Shown: piece by piece, positions 51,733-64,000 of the stretch
How positions within the stretch are numbered: the stretch's first letter is position 1
Layout: the number at the start of each line of letters is the position of its first letter
From: Paraspadella gotoi
Taxonomy: Eukaryota > Animalia > Chaetognatha
Reading direction: 5' to 3'
Length of the DNA stretch: 64,000 nucleotides
Assembly (NCBI GenBank): GCA_051294375.1
Contig: CM119269.1
Coordinates: 13,052,790 to 13,116,789, forward strand
The notes under the pieces: generated by a model
The model's input: only the letters and a program-made list of their open reading frames with translations
The model's database searches: none
Told to the model about the DNA's origin: nothing
Made by a program: the position numbers and the translations under genes

Positions 51733-54700
51733 ATGGACGACGAAAGCGCCGACGCCGTCGCTTCGTCGTCCGTCGCCACGAAAATCGAACGTCGCCGGTC
51801 AATCGAAGACCGAGGACTTAACGATGCACGGATTTGCGGATCGGCCAACAACGGCGCCTCTTCGACCAACGACGGCGTCGTTCCGACCCACAACGGCGTC
51901 GTTCCGACTGACAACGACGGCCACGATGCCTTTCGAATGTTTTTCCCGGCTCCATCTTCGCCGCCGACAAAACTGACTCCCTCTCCCTCGTTTGATGAAG
52001 ACACCGCCGACGGTTTTCGCTCACAACTCTGCCGACAAAACATGCGCAAGGGCGACGCCGCCGCCTCCGCCATCTCCGGCGAAAAACTAACCAGCCGATG
52101 TTGGATCCTCGCCTTCGCCGTCGCTTTCATCATCGCGCTCAATTACGGATTCGCCGTCAGCCTCCCACTGCTTTTTGCCGATTGGCAGAAAGACTTCGGA
52201 ACCTCCAACGCCCTCACAAGTGCATTTTTCTTGCCCTTTTTTGTTTACTATTTTTTTAAAAATCTTAAAACCTGCTGTGAAAAAATGTTATTAATAGGAG
52301 CTCAACTATACTATAATTGATATTATGATTAACAATTTACATTTAAACGCATCATTAATAACTTAATCCTTAATTTAATCTTAAATTTTCCCCTATGATC
52401 TTAAGTATGGGTGAGTGCGGGAGTTTTCTCTTCGATAAACATCACGGGTCCCTTCACAAGTGGATATCTCCTTTCCAAGTTCAGTTGTCGTTCCGTCGTT
52501 TTTTTCGGATCCATCCTTGGTGAGTGAGTCACGTTGTTGCTGAGCTTCCACTTAACATTATTATTATAAATAAGAATGAATATTGTGTAATCAATGTTAT
52601 TCGTCGAGATCAATAATATAATTTGTGATTTCAGCCTCGGCATCTGTGATGCTGTCATCAATCGCCTCCCATTTTTCAATTCTTTTCGTATTTTGTGGAA
52701 TTTTGTTTGGGGTCGGATTCTCGATGGCCTACATGCCAGGTAACTCTGCACTTAACATTTTCCTCTCCTTTAGTATTCGGTACTTTTTCGGGACAGAGGT
52801 TTTATACACTGAAGACGTGTGCTTTTATATTAATTTTTTTTAATAAGAAATACGTGTTTTAATTTTCTAACGGGAAGAAAGTAGCAAATAAACCAATTTA
52901 ATAATTTCATTTTTATTAAAGATACTTTTCTTCATTAAAGGCACATAATATACTATTTTATTTTATTATCAAAATACCAAATAATATCATACAAATTTTT
53001 TAGTAAATTTTATTTTTTTTATCGGATTCTGATAGAGCATGAGAAGTTAGATGAAGGTTATTACTACAAATTTTTGAAATTTTAATGATTTGCTTATGAA
53101 AATTAAAAAACTATCAAATTTATTAAATGATGATGATGATGATGTTTTTTTAAGGTTTTTTCCAATTTTAACCCATTTATCATTAAAATTTTTGAAATTT
53201 GTAATACTAACCTTTATCTAACTTTTTAATCTTTATCAGAATCAACTTTTAAATTTTAAAATTTCTTAAAAAAATTTTAAAGCATTTCAATTTCAATTAT
53301 AAATAAAATTCATTGCAAACAAAAACTTTGTCAATTCTCTAAGCATTTCTTATAAATTTATAACTATTAAATTTAAAATGCTTCCATGCCTGAGGAAAAT
53401 GAATTTAATAAAAATCTAAAATCATAAGTCAATTTGGTTGTAAAAGGACAACAGATTTTTATTGCAGACTGTTTCGTATTGTAAAAAAATGTTAAATTCT
53501 GGCCCGCCTTTATGTATATGGGAATGAAATACCAAATAAACCACTCATACTAATACTTTTTCACATTTTTTAATCATAATGAAAATGCGACTCATTTGAT
53601 TCACATTTTACTCCAACTTTCCCTCCCATTTTCTTTTAAAAGGAATCGTCTTCCTCTCGGACACTTTCCCTTCATCCCACGCCCCATTGGCGTACGCCAT
53701 CGCTGAAGGCGGCTCCCCCCTCGGCGGAATGATCTTGCCCCTTCTCATTGAATGGCTTCGTCAGGAATTGTCTTGGCGCGGCGCCGTCCTCGTCGCCGGC
53801 GCCGTCCTGTCGCACTGCTGCGTTGTGGCGCTGCTTCTACGGACGGAGCAGAAGCGGCCGCTGAAGACCGACGTTGACGGAGACGCCGGGGAAGGGTTTT
53901 TGCCGAAAAAGCTCGTCGACGAACCGCTGTACGTTGGAGAAAAAGCGACAGCGAATGGAATCGTTAAAAGTCGAGAAGCCGAAAATGGAACCCTGATGAC
54001 GGGAGACGCCGGGAAGAAAATCCGGCGCCGGGATTCAGTTTCATCTGCAGATTTTCTCAACTTTTCCTTCGTCGTGTTTTTCGTTTATCTCTTCTTTCAC
54101 TTCGGTGGACTCGTCGCTTCCTCTGCATATCAGGTCAGGGTCGTGTGAGAGAGAGAGAGAGAAAGTCAAGCTCGGAATCCATGCGCCCCTCTTCCTGTCT
54201 TTAGGTCCCCTACATGAAGTGGCGAGGCGTTTCGTCGTGGCAGTGCGCGACGTTGCTGGCGATTTTCGCCGCTTTCGACTTAGCGGGGTCAGTTATATAC
54301 TTTTGGTTTATATTGATTTAAAAATTTATTATAACTTTGACCTTTCCTCCCAACTGGAAGCCGCTTGATGTCCGGTCTGTTCGTACTCGTGCCCGTCCTC
54401 TCCGACTCGGACGCTCGTCGTCGTCTCTTCATCCTCAACGAGATCGTCCTCTCTGTCGTCGTCATTGCCTTTTCCTTCGTCGAATCAGTTCCCCCGTTGG
54501 CCGCCGTCGGCGCTGCGGTCGGACTCTCCAGGCAAGAGACGGGAACAAAACAGTTTGCTCATCGGATTAAGATATAATTCTTTTTTTGAAATTTGAATTG
54601 CCATTAGATTATGAAATTGTTGACCAATATAATTATTTCAATATTAAATCTTAGGGGGTTTATTTCTTCTTTTTTTTGCCCCGACAAGTCGGTTTTTTTC

Positions 54701-55109
54701 GTGAACAGGGGCGTTTGGACGGGTCTGTACTGGTCGGTCGTCGTCGACGATTTCGGAAAAGCGATTCTGCACAAAACCGCGGGATACAACGGAGTTTCGG
54801 CCGGCGTCACGATATTAGCGGTAAAGAGAAAATGGGATAAAAAATAAAGTTTATTTTATACTTTTAATTTGACCGAACTTTCTCGTATTCATGATCACGA
54901 TGGCATCACGAATACCTAGAAGGCAACTCTAGCATCCACTCCCAAATTCTATTTGTCAATTGAATTCGTTTCAGGCTCCGCCTCTCATGGGGTTAGTGGC
55001 AGACTGGACGGGCCGATTCGATCACGTGATGCTGTTATCGGCCACTATGCTAATCATTGCGACGTTAATGTTGCTGCTGTGGGCGAAGTACTCGAAACGG
55101 CGGAAATAG
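51733..55109 (+). CDS. Monocarboxylate transporter-like MFS protein (SLC16 family), divergent
   Basis: CWILAFAVAFIIALNYGF...WQKDFGTSNALT, GPFTSGYLLSKFSCRSV, GILFGVGFSMAYMP, AYAIAEGGSPLGGMILP...WRGAVLVAGA..HCCVVALLLR, DLAGRL and APPLMGLVADWTG. About 9 exons ending in TAG at 55109. Confidence 0.82.
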
Positions 55110-58100
55110 GAAAATTCTCCCGATTCAAAGATAGACGCTTGAATTTGAAAAGATCATTGTTGTTGCCATCTTTTTCATTGTACAAACAATTTCGCCCGAG
55201 CAGTTTTATATCCTTTTTAGAAAACTACAATATGGCTGGCCGGACTGAGCACTGAACAGCCCTCGTGGCTTGAGGAAAAATGAGTAGAATGATGTCCTTG
55301 TATAATAAATTCTGTCACAAATTATAGAAAGTTAAAAAAAAGGAATGATATTCTTGCCACCGTTTTACTGCGTAAATTGCTCAGTTTGAATTATACTAGT
55401 CTGCGCTATTTGCAGTTGAATTTTTAATTAAAAAACAATAACTAAATACTTATAATTTATTTTTTCACTCAAACTTCAAACATTTTTGTACAAGTGTGGT
55501 ACAAAAAATACAAATCTTATCCAAATAATAAATTCAAAAAAGAAAATTCAAAATCTATGCCAATGGTACTTGATTAACAAAAAACGACACATCTTCAGTT
55601 AGTTTTTTCTTGTTTCGAATTTGAACCTCTTAAAATGTAATAGTATAAATTGAAAAATGTAATTGCATGTCTCACATTAAAAGAGGCTCAAAAGTAATAA
55701 CGAAAACCTTCGTTCCAAGAATTTCTTCGTTATTTTGGGTTAAATTATTTTCCAGGTTTGATTACCTATAGCAATTAAAATTAGGCTGAATACCACCATA
55801 AAAAACAAAACAATACATTCCTGATCAATAATATGCGATTAAGCCATTATCAAGAGGGTGCATGGCTGCATGGCTAATTTCTATATTTTTCTCTTCATAA
55901 ATCCCATGCAGCTAATGAAGCATATACAGTGAAATTTTCGCAAAAGCATTTTTTTTAATTAAGATATTTTATATTGCTAAACCAAGTTCTTACTGTATGA
56001 CACATCCTCCAATTTTCGCTAGCTCTTTTGCCATAATTTTTTATTAGAGGCGCTGAAAATCTCATTCATCACGCTAATGCAACCACGAAAAGAATTAATA
56101 ACCCAATCTCAAAAAATTTAAAATATTAAAAATATACCCGAGTAACGATAATAACCATTTAAAAATTAATTTTCAAACTCAATTACCAATAAGTAATTTT
56201 TTTTTCAACTGAAAAGCTTTAAGCTATAAGAAGACCAATTTTCGTGTTCGTTGCTGACGCCAGGAATGAGACAGTAAACCATGTCTAAAATAAAAGAAAA
56301 TATACTAACCACTAAAATATAAAATAAACAGGAATATTTCGAGAAAAAAAAACAATTGTGAGGGAGAAAAAAGGGCCAAAAATACTTTACTGCGTTGAAT
56401 TAAAAGTATTAAAAGTATTAAAAGTATCGAAGTTCAGAGGTCGAGCGAATCGGAACTCTGTCAAAGGCTGAATTAAAAGGGGACTGAAGATGTGGGCCAT
56501 AAAGTTAGCAACGAAATCTGATCTGAGCGCTCGAGCTGCGAACGGACGACAAAATAATGCACGGGACACAAAAATGGGAAATGAAAAGTTTTAATGATCA
56601 GGAATGAAAAGGAAGGAAGACCGCGGGGCCGCCGGCGATCGCCCCCTCCCCATCCGAAATGTCGAGGGAAGGAGTCCAATCGCCATTTCTAATTTGGGCA
56701 GCGGTTTTCTAAAGTTTTTGGCCAAAGGGGAAGCCAATTATTAATGACAGACGTTAGATGGTACGTCATGACGGCAATGTCTTGCTTGCTAACGTCTCAT
56801 TATTTCTGATGCCTGACCCTTACCACACATGCTTTTAATTTTTACAAATGCGTGTGAAAAAATTATATAAAATAACAAATATTTTATAGTATACTTTTTG
56901 AAATGATTTTCATTACTCCAAAGCAATGTCGGTTAAAAGTAAGCCAAATGTTTTCCACGGGAGTATATTCTTCGGCTTAAGAAGACGAAGCTAATTAATG
57001 TAATCGCATTGTCATAATCGTATGCAGGGTCAAGGCAGTTTTCCGGCAGAGTTGCGAAAAAGATCTGTCGGTTTGATTAACATTAGTCTAGGGTCAATTG
57101 TACTTTAGATTCGCAAACAAGATTAAACGCACACGACATTTTCATAAGCAAAAGATTGTTTTTAAATTTTAGTATTACGAAGCTAATTGACCGTAAGTTG
57201 ACTTTCGAAACTCTAAGATACAGTATGATAAGTAGATAATTAAAAAAACATTACCAAACCTGAAAGGCCGGCGAGATAAAGAAAAAAAACCTATAGTATT
57301 AATTCGTGCGTGAAAGTAGGGCGAATATCGTACAGATAAACTCGCAGTAAACTTGAAACAGTCTAAAATTCACAAACTGGTTTTATCGGAATCGAGGAAA
57401 GTTTCTTAAATTTGAACCAAGTTATATCTCAATTTAGTATTTACGTAGTTTCATTTAAAAAGCGTTGAATATCAATAATAGCAATTAAATCAATTTTGAT
57501 TGATTTTGATCAATGCACAGCAGAAAAATCTCGATAATAATTAAAAAAAACCAAAAAAAAACACGATAACGATACTCCACTCTGTATATTTGCAAGATGG
57601 GCGAAAAAGATGAATCTTTTGTCTCTAGTGGAGATCAAGAAAGCAAAAACGGGAATATCGAAAAAAAGGGAAAATTTAGGAAAATTCAAGTAAGAAAAAT
57701 TTGGAATCACCGCTTCAACTCCATTTTACAGGCTTCATTTTTTGCAAATGAGATGAAGAATAGTTGATGGCGAGTTTTTCCAAATTATTTTTGGGTTGTT
57801 TTCAAAATCTGTCGTGAATTGATGAACCAAAAATTGATACCGTGAAAAACGGCAGAATATTAACTAAAAGTTGACTCGGACTACAACCTCCACTAGATAT
57901 ATAATTACTAAGCGCAAACCCAACATATTTACATTTGATCCGAAATGATGAAAGGAGCTAATAATAATAATAATAATTATTCTGTTAAAACTCAAACACA
58001 AATAACAGGAGGAACCACAATTAAAACATTTCTAATCTCATAATATTTATTATTAATGATATATTTTTAAGACTAATTTTTTAATCAAGCGTAGAATACG

Positions 58101-59797
58101 TACTCTGCAATAGGAATAAGAAAAAAAAACTTTTGTCTCGTGGTTCATGCCAAAAGGATAGGTAATGCAAAACATCGAGCGAGTATTAAGTAACTCGTTC
58201 GTTATACTTAATTCATACTTAATATCAGGGGGACGGGAGCGAAAACATTTATTTACACGCGTCACTTGACGTCGCTTTGAATCGAATAGAATCCTTCAAT
58301 TTTATGTACAGAGAAGCGAAAAGCGACAAATAAAAATCGGAGACACAAAATAACCAGACTTCAAAATAAACAGACGAGAAAAATGTCGCCGTGAAATCTT
58401 CTTGCTGAAAATTTTCCAGTCTTTCTTCAATTCTTTTCGTGTTTTAATAATTATTTTCGTGTTAAGTCAGGTATAACTGGTTTGCGCCAAATGACGCGCC
58501 GGTATATGAATGCGCCGAGGGGATTAAATACATAAAAGTAGATTCTTTATTTCGTACGTTGGGTTTTCGAGTCTAATTCACCTTGCAAATATCAAGTCCA
58601 AACACGTCGACGAGAAATTGGATAATAAAACATGCGTCAAAAACGAGTCGACATATGATGCGCTCAATTCAACTGACCCCTTAGTTCGACATCGGCCCTA
58701 AATTGATGATTGCGTAAATAAACAAGTTTTTTATTTCGTTTCAGCGGGAAAGGGAAGGGCGGAAGGGGTGAAGGGAGCTCGTTCGTAATTCGTCGAAGAC
58801 GGGGGACCGGGGAAAGGTTGGTGGTGGGAGAGGGTGAGTTTCGGGTCGGGCGGACAAAAGTGGGCATTTACGGAATTTTGTTATTTAATCGCGTTTTAAC
58901 GAAAACAAAAGGTCGATCGAATCATGTGAGGCGCCAATAATATTGGCAAAATTCGTGAATCGGTTTTTGAACATATTATATTGGTTGTACCAATTTCATA
59001 AAAAGTAAAAATAACGTACGAGACAGAAAAAAAAAGAAAAAAGAAAAATAAATGTATAAGAAGAAAAAGCTTAACTCTCGCCGTCTTGGCAAAGCGTGAA
59101 TTTATTTTTTTTACTCACCATAAATAATAAAAAATATTAAGCGCGACCCACAATGATCGAATCGTACGAACGAGCGGGAATTAGTTTGGGGGAGGGCCGG
59201 AGGCGGGACTTTGTTAACTTGCGACGAAGTTCCGCTTCTTTTTGAGGTGTCCCCTTTGTCGCCTCAGATATAATCGTTAATAGTTGGTATCCAGACAAAA
59301 GTAAAAAAGTTGAAAAAAAGAGGAAATGGACTTCTGGGCTTTTTTTTAAAATCGAATTCTGTTTTTTTTTCCGAGGAAAAAACAGAAAATACTTTTTTTC
59401 CGGCTACGGGGGAATAAGGGAATTATTTTATCAGAAATATTTTTTTTTGAAGATGCGTACCAGCAGCATATTAACAAGGATATGACATAATATATAAGAG
59501 GATTATCACAAAAAGTGAAAACAAGGGCGAATCCAATCTCCACGCCACTTAGTAAAACACGAACGCGTTTCGAAGAAAATTAAAAAAAAAAGGAATTGGG
59601 GGAATTTTGAGAGTTGGTCATTTGTGAGAGAAGGAGCTTGAGAGTTGGTCATCTCTGTCAGAGAAGGAGCTTGACCAACCGTCCCGCTCTTTTTGGGGCT
59701 TCTAAGATCCAACGGCACGATTAAGAAGAGAAGAGTTTTGGGGGATTTACGCTTTCAAATTGAGGGACTTAATTATTTTTTTTTAAACGCTGGCGTT

Positions 59798-62700
59798 TCA
59801 CTGCAAAAAATGTTTAAGTTGCGTGACCACATCTGGATCCACCAAGGCTAAAAGTTGCTGGAAACCCTCGGGTCCCAGTTGAGTTCGACAGGTTGACAGT
59901 TGAGAGTTAACAAATTCCTTCAGAGAAACCTGGGGGGAAAAATAAACTCTATGAAAACAATATCGGCTTATATAAGAGTGAAGGAGCTGATAAATTTTGT
60001 CAGTCACATAGTGCGGAGTAAAATAAGTATTCCGGGAATACTATTCCCCGATCTAATACTTAAGGGAGTGGTCTTTTCATATCATTGAAACATTCTTTGA
60101 AATATTTTCCACTTCATTGATAGGGAAGCCAGGTACTCTGGGAGTGAATAAACGAAACTGTGAAAGGGTCTTGATTGAAAACTTGTAGGGACCTGCTATG
60201 TCATTATCTTGTAAGAGTGATGGGGCTTAAACCACCAAAGCCTGTCCAAAGTCAGGGGCAAGATAGCTTATTTATTAAATGAATGGTAATTTTTATTTGG
60301 TTGTACCAATTTCATAATATTTATTTAGTTATCGGGGAAAAGACAAAGTCGGGGAAGGGGGTATAGTCGTTCTGGATCGATAGCGAGGCCCTGTGATATT
60401 TTCCGTCATCCACCCTACTAAGCTCTTATAGTGGGGGGGGAAATGTCTCAAACCTTGTGAACAGGGTCGGATAACATGACGGCTCGTTTCCTTTTGTCAT
60501 GCTCCGTTTCCATCTCAGCTCCCTCCAAGGCGGCTGCGGCGGCATCGGCACTTGATGGGGTTTGAGGGAATTCTTCCGCGGGGGGCTTGGGGATGTCAAA
60601 GGAGGTTGGTGAGGATGACATCACTAATACGTCCACTTCGTTGCCGTTGTCGTTTCTGTATCAAAAATGAAATGAGTAAGATATAGACCTGAAGGTTTTA
60701 ATAACGGCTTTTTTTTTTAAATCCACGACGCCCGAAAGAATTTACCGACCTGCAAACATCGTGCAGAACTTCGACGATGGAGGAAATCAGCGCCGGAAGG
60801 ACCGGCGGCGCCAAGCAAACGGCGCTCTTGGTTCCGGACGGCGCCAACAACTTGGTCAAAGCCAGCGCGGTCAATTTACGGCGCTCGGGTTGCGTCACCG
60901 TGTCCATCTTGTCCGTCCAGACGAGGAGAAGGCGTCGGAGGAGACCGTCCGAGGTGGAGGCGGAGATCGAGATAGGATCCAGAGGTGGACCTTGGGGGGA
61001 AAAAAAAGTCGATGATTGGTCGCGATTCTCGAAAACCTTTTAATCTTAAAAACACTCACCGTCGACGAAGGCGGGCGTCCTCGGTAAAGTCAATGTGGAA
61101 TCTTCGGCCCGGTTCTTAAAGGCCTCTTGCTGCAGCAGCTGGTCAAACAAGTCCTCCGTCTGCAGCAGCATACGCGACAACAGCGACAGATGCAGCCCCA
61201 TCACCATCGGATGTTCGTCGCCCAACAAAACGCTCTTGAGAATGTCCGGTAGCAACGGGGCGAAAGCGCGGGGACCTGAAAGACGAGTCGAAATCGTTTT
61301 CAGAAAAATGGCCACGCCTTCTGAAGGCTACTGGAGCCACAAACCTTGCGCAGGGAAGAGTCTGAAGACGATCTCCACCAGTTTGAGTATCATGTGGACG
61401 CCCTCGACGCGGAGTTCGACGAGGAGTTTGGCGCAGGAGGCGACGATGACGTCGGCGTAAGAGTCCATCATCTCCGCGGGCGAGAGGTGGAGATAAGCCT
61501 CTACGATTTGGAAAACCATCTTGAGGTTGTCGGAGGATACTTCGATCAGCGACGGAATTGTCCTGGTTGGCAAAAATAATGATCGGAGTCAAAAATGCAG
61601 GGAGATGAAATTCATGAAGATCTAACCCATTAGATTGCTCACCCGAACAGCGCAAGCAGATGCGGCGTCGGGGCAGGGGCGTGGTTGAGGGTGGCCAGCC
61701 AAAGCTCCAGCCCGTCTTCGAGTAGGTAAACGTGAGCATCGCTGGTCGTCACGTCCGTCGCCATGGAAATGACGGGTAGAAGAAAGTCGTACATCCCGAT
61801 CGATAGCGGGCCCAGACCCTGCAGTTGGAGGGAAAGGAGAAATGGGTAAAAATAGTTAGCCAAAAAAAAAAAAAACCCGGTAAAAAAAAAAATGACGACA
61901 GTCAGCCACATCGCTCAAATTTTAGAGACTACTAAAATATTATTTAATTTATGAGTGCGAGTCCTATTATCAGTTGGCGTCTCCGTTCATTTGTGTATTC
62001 TTATTCACAGATCCTACACAGTGGGAAACATTGTGGTCGACCGTGCCGTCCCGTGTGGTTAACTGACGTGCTTCCCAAGCCCGGCCGGCGCCCGCCGGCA
62101 TCGCCCACAACAATCCCCCTGTAACACTTTCTCAAAAGACCAGTAGAATGCAAACCTGTACGAGCACGACGAGAGTGGAGAGAATGGCAGCTCTTAACAT
62201 GTTGTACTCGGCGGCGTCGTCCCACAAGTGAGGGAGGTACTGGACGAGGGCGGGAGCGTGTGGTCGAACCGCGAGTCCGATGCGTTCGACCACGAAGGAC
62301 ACCACGTGCAGCACCTGCATCTTCGTGTCGCACTCTCGCACCTCCTTAAAGATCAAAACGAAGGAGAAAGATTGGGGAGGGGGTGAGATTGGACGAATGA
62401 GACCCCCAATATGAAAGTCTGACTTACCTTGAGCAATCGCAGGAGCAGGACGAAGGCTGACTCGAGGTAAGGCACGAACTGCTCGGTGGTGAATTCGAAC
62501 TCGTCGACGGCGACCTTGAGGGCGTTGGCGGCGGCGAGGCGAACCACGAGGTCTTCCTCGGGACGCATTGCTGTCAGCAGCGCCTCGTAAAGAGCCGGTC
62601 TGAAAGACGAACGGGGGGGGGAAGGAAACATTAAACGGGGGTCATTTAAGAAACATCGCTGAACGGGAAGAGTCTAAGAGAACTAACCTGAGAGCAGCGG

Positions 62701-64000
62701 AAAGCTTGACCCCGACCCATTGACCGAGGAGCCAAACGACTCTCCGTCTGATGACGCGGAATTTGGGATGAGGATTCTTGAGTTCCGCCGAGAGGAAAGT
62801 CGAGAACCAAGAGTCGAAGTCGACCTCGTCGAAAAGGTCGTAAGATGCAAGACCTACCGCTGTGTACACCGCTTCTTTCTGTAATAAACATAATATAAAA
62901 AAAATCATACATTCATTTGGTGAATAAGCGGTCTGGCCTACTAACTTCAAACTGGCTAATGGCAATGCTGGGTCCAAGGTCTCAATCCTTACAAGTTTAA
63001 AAATCAAGGCTATTTGACAGTATTTTATCAACCCCCAGATTATTGGATAAAACGACAGGATCGAAATCCTATTTTCTCATTTTCTGGATTAATGATTATC
63101 CAATAATTATCGTACCTGTAGCAACTTCGCGAGATCATCTTGATCGTTGAGAGGCGCCATCTGATCTCGCGCCATCGAGAGAAGAACCGGCGACAGCGTC
63201 TCTCGAAACTCGTGGAAAAGCGTGAGGAAGAGGACTTCGGTGCAGGGACGAAGCTGTGAAGGAAGAAGTTATTTTGACTTAATTTTCACAAACTTAATGT
63301 TTACAAACTCGATCACCATTTCGACTCACCTGAAACTTCCACGACTCTCCGCCTTCGTCGATGGCGAACTCCTCGGCGTCGTCTTCCCAATTCTCCAGAT
63401 CTTCCTCCGTCAACAGGAAGTAGTGCCCGACGAGACGTTGCACGACGCGCGTCAGAGTTTCCGGCGCGAAAAACTTTTCTTTGGCGGCCACGGCGTCGGT
63501 GGTCAATTTGGCCTTGGCCGCCTTGGCCTCTTCTGCGGAGGTCGAGGGCTGCGTTCGCAGCACGACCGGCTCGGAGTTCGAAGCATAACCAGATTTCGAC
63601 TTCGGAAATTTGTAATCTTCGCATCTGAAGGATGAAATGAAAAATAAAAATCGACATTATCATCGGTGACATCGAAAATTCCCTCGACTCACCTTAGGAT
63701 CGCTCGGAAGAGGTTGAGGCACTGGACGGCGAATCGCCTGAAGACAAAAGGTGCCGCAGCCTCCTCGAAGCAGAACTGCCCGACGAACTCGAGCGTCGGA
63801 GAGATCATTTCAACGAAGGCCAAAGGGTGCTGCTCTTGCATGTCAACCAACACCTTCGTCGCCAGAACGGTCAACTTCTCCAGCTTCTCCACCAGCGCCG
63901 CCCCAGCGTCGACGGCGGCCGCGTCGAGGCGGCGTCGACGAATCTGCAGCAGTCGACGCATGTGACCCAAGAGAGAGAAGAGCAAAGCCAACGCCTCCGG
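59798..64000 (-). CDS. IPO11: Importin-11, 3' portion (5' end lies beyond the window)
   Basis: YFLLTEEDLENWEDDAEEF, KEAVYTAVGLASYDLFDEVDFDSWF, RRRVVWLLGQWVGVK, HVYLLEDGLELWL, VTQPERRKLTALAL and ETEHDKRKR...DPVHKVSLKEF. Multiple short GT-AG introns; stop at 59798. Confidence 0.93.

Noticed and set aside
55200-59790. GC-richer patches at ~56440-56700 and ~58740-58870 as possible exons or ncRNA
   Set aside because: No convincing ORF, splice pattern or recognisable RNA motif. Probably UTR or regulatory sequence.
62058-62085. TAAC...TCCCAAGCCCGG resembles a twister ribozyme core
   Set aside because: The 5' strand of the P4 stem (CCGG before UCCCAAG) and the pseudoknot partners are missing.

Overview
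This is AT-rich eukaryotic DNA, almost certainly from an invertebrate animal, with short GT-AG introns and GC/CpG-rich exons. It is not prokaryotic, and I saw no CRISPR array, rRNA or tRNA. Genes in order: two diverged tandem GDP-fucose transporter (SLC35C1) paralogs; a tightly packed, co-oriented + strand housekeeping cluster (TAF12, HIBADH, VAC14, WASHC1, NDP kinase, YARS1, PRMT3); a - strand alkaline phosphatase; an orphan single-pass membrane protein; an SLC16/MCT-like transporter; and the 3' part of importin-11 (-). Mobile DNA includes a Tc1/pogo-type MITE with ~290-bp TIRs, a Helentron-type non-autonomous (HINE/DINE-like) element in the TAF12 intron, and a DIRS tyrosine-recombinase fragment. 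Two near-identical ~4.5-kb tandem duplications near N gaps, full of 1-bp indels, are probably assembly artefacts. The most interesting observations are: (i) a tyrosyl-tRNA synthetase with an N-terminal eEF1B-like GST-C domain and ALR in place of the ELR motif; (ii) operon-like spacing with unpaired splice acceptors just upstream of start codons, suggesting possible SL trans-splicing; (iii) an alkaline phosphatase with a true TM anchor plus tail and Gly in place of the Asp before the catalytic Ser; (iv) a strand-asymmetric structured RNA candidate in an importin-11 intron. Exon boundaries were placed by eye and family assignments come from remembered motifs, not database searches.
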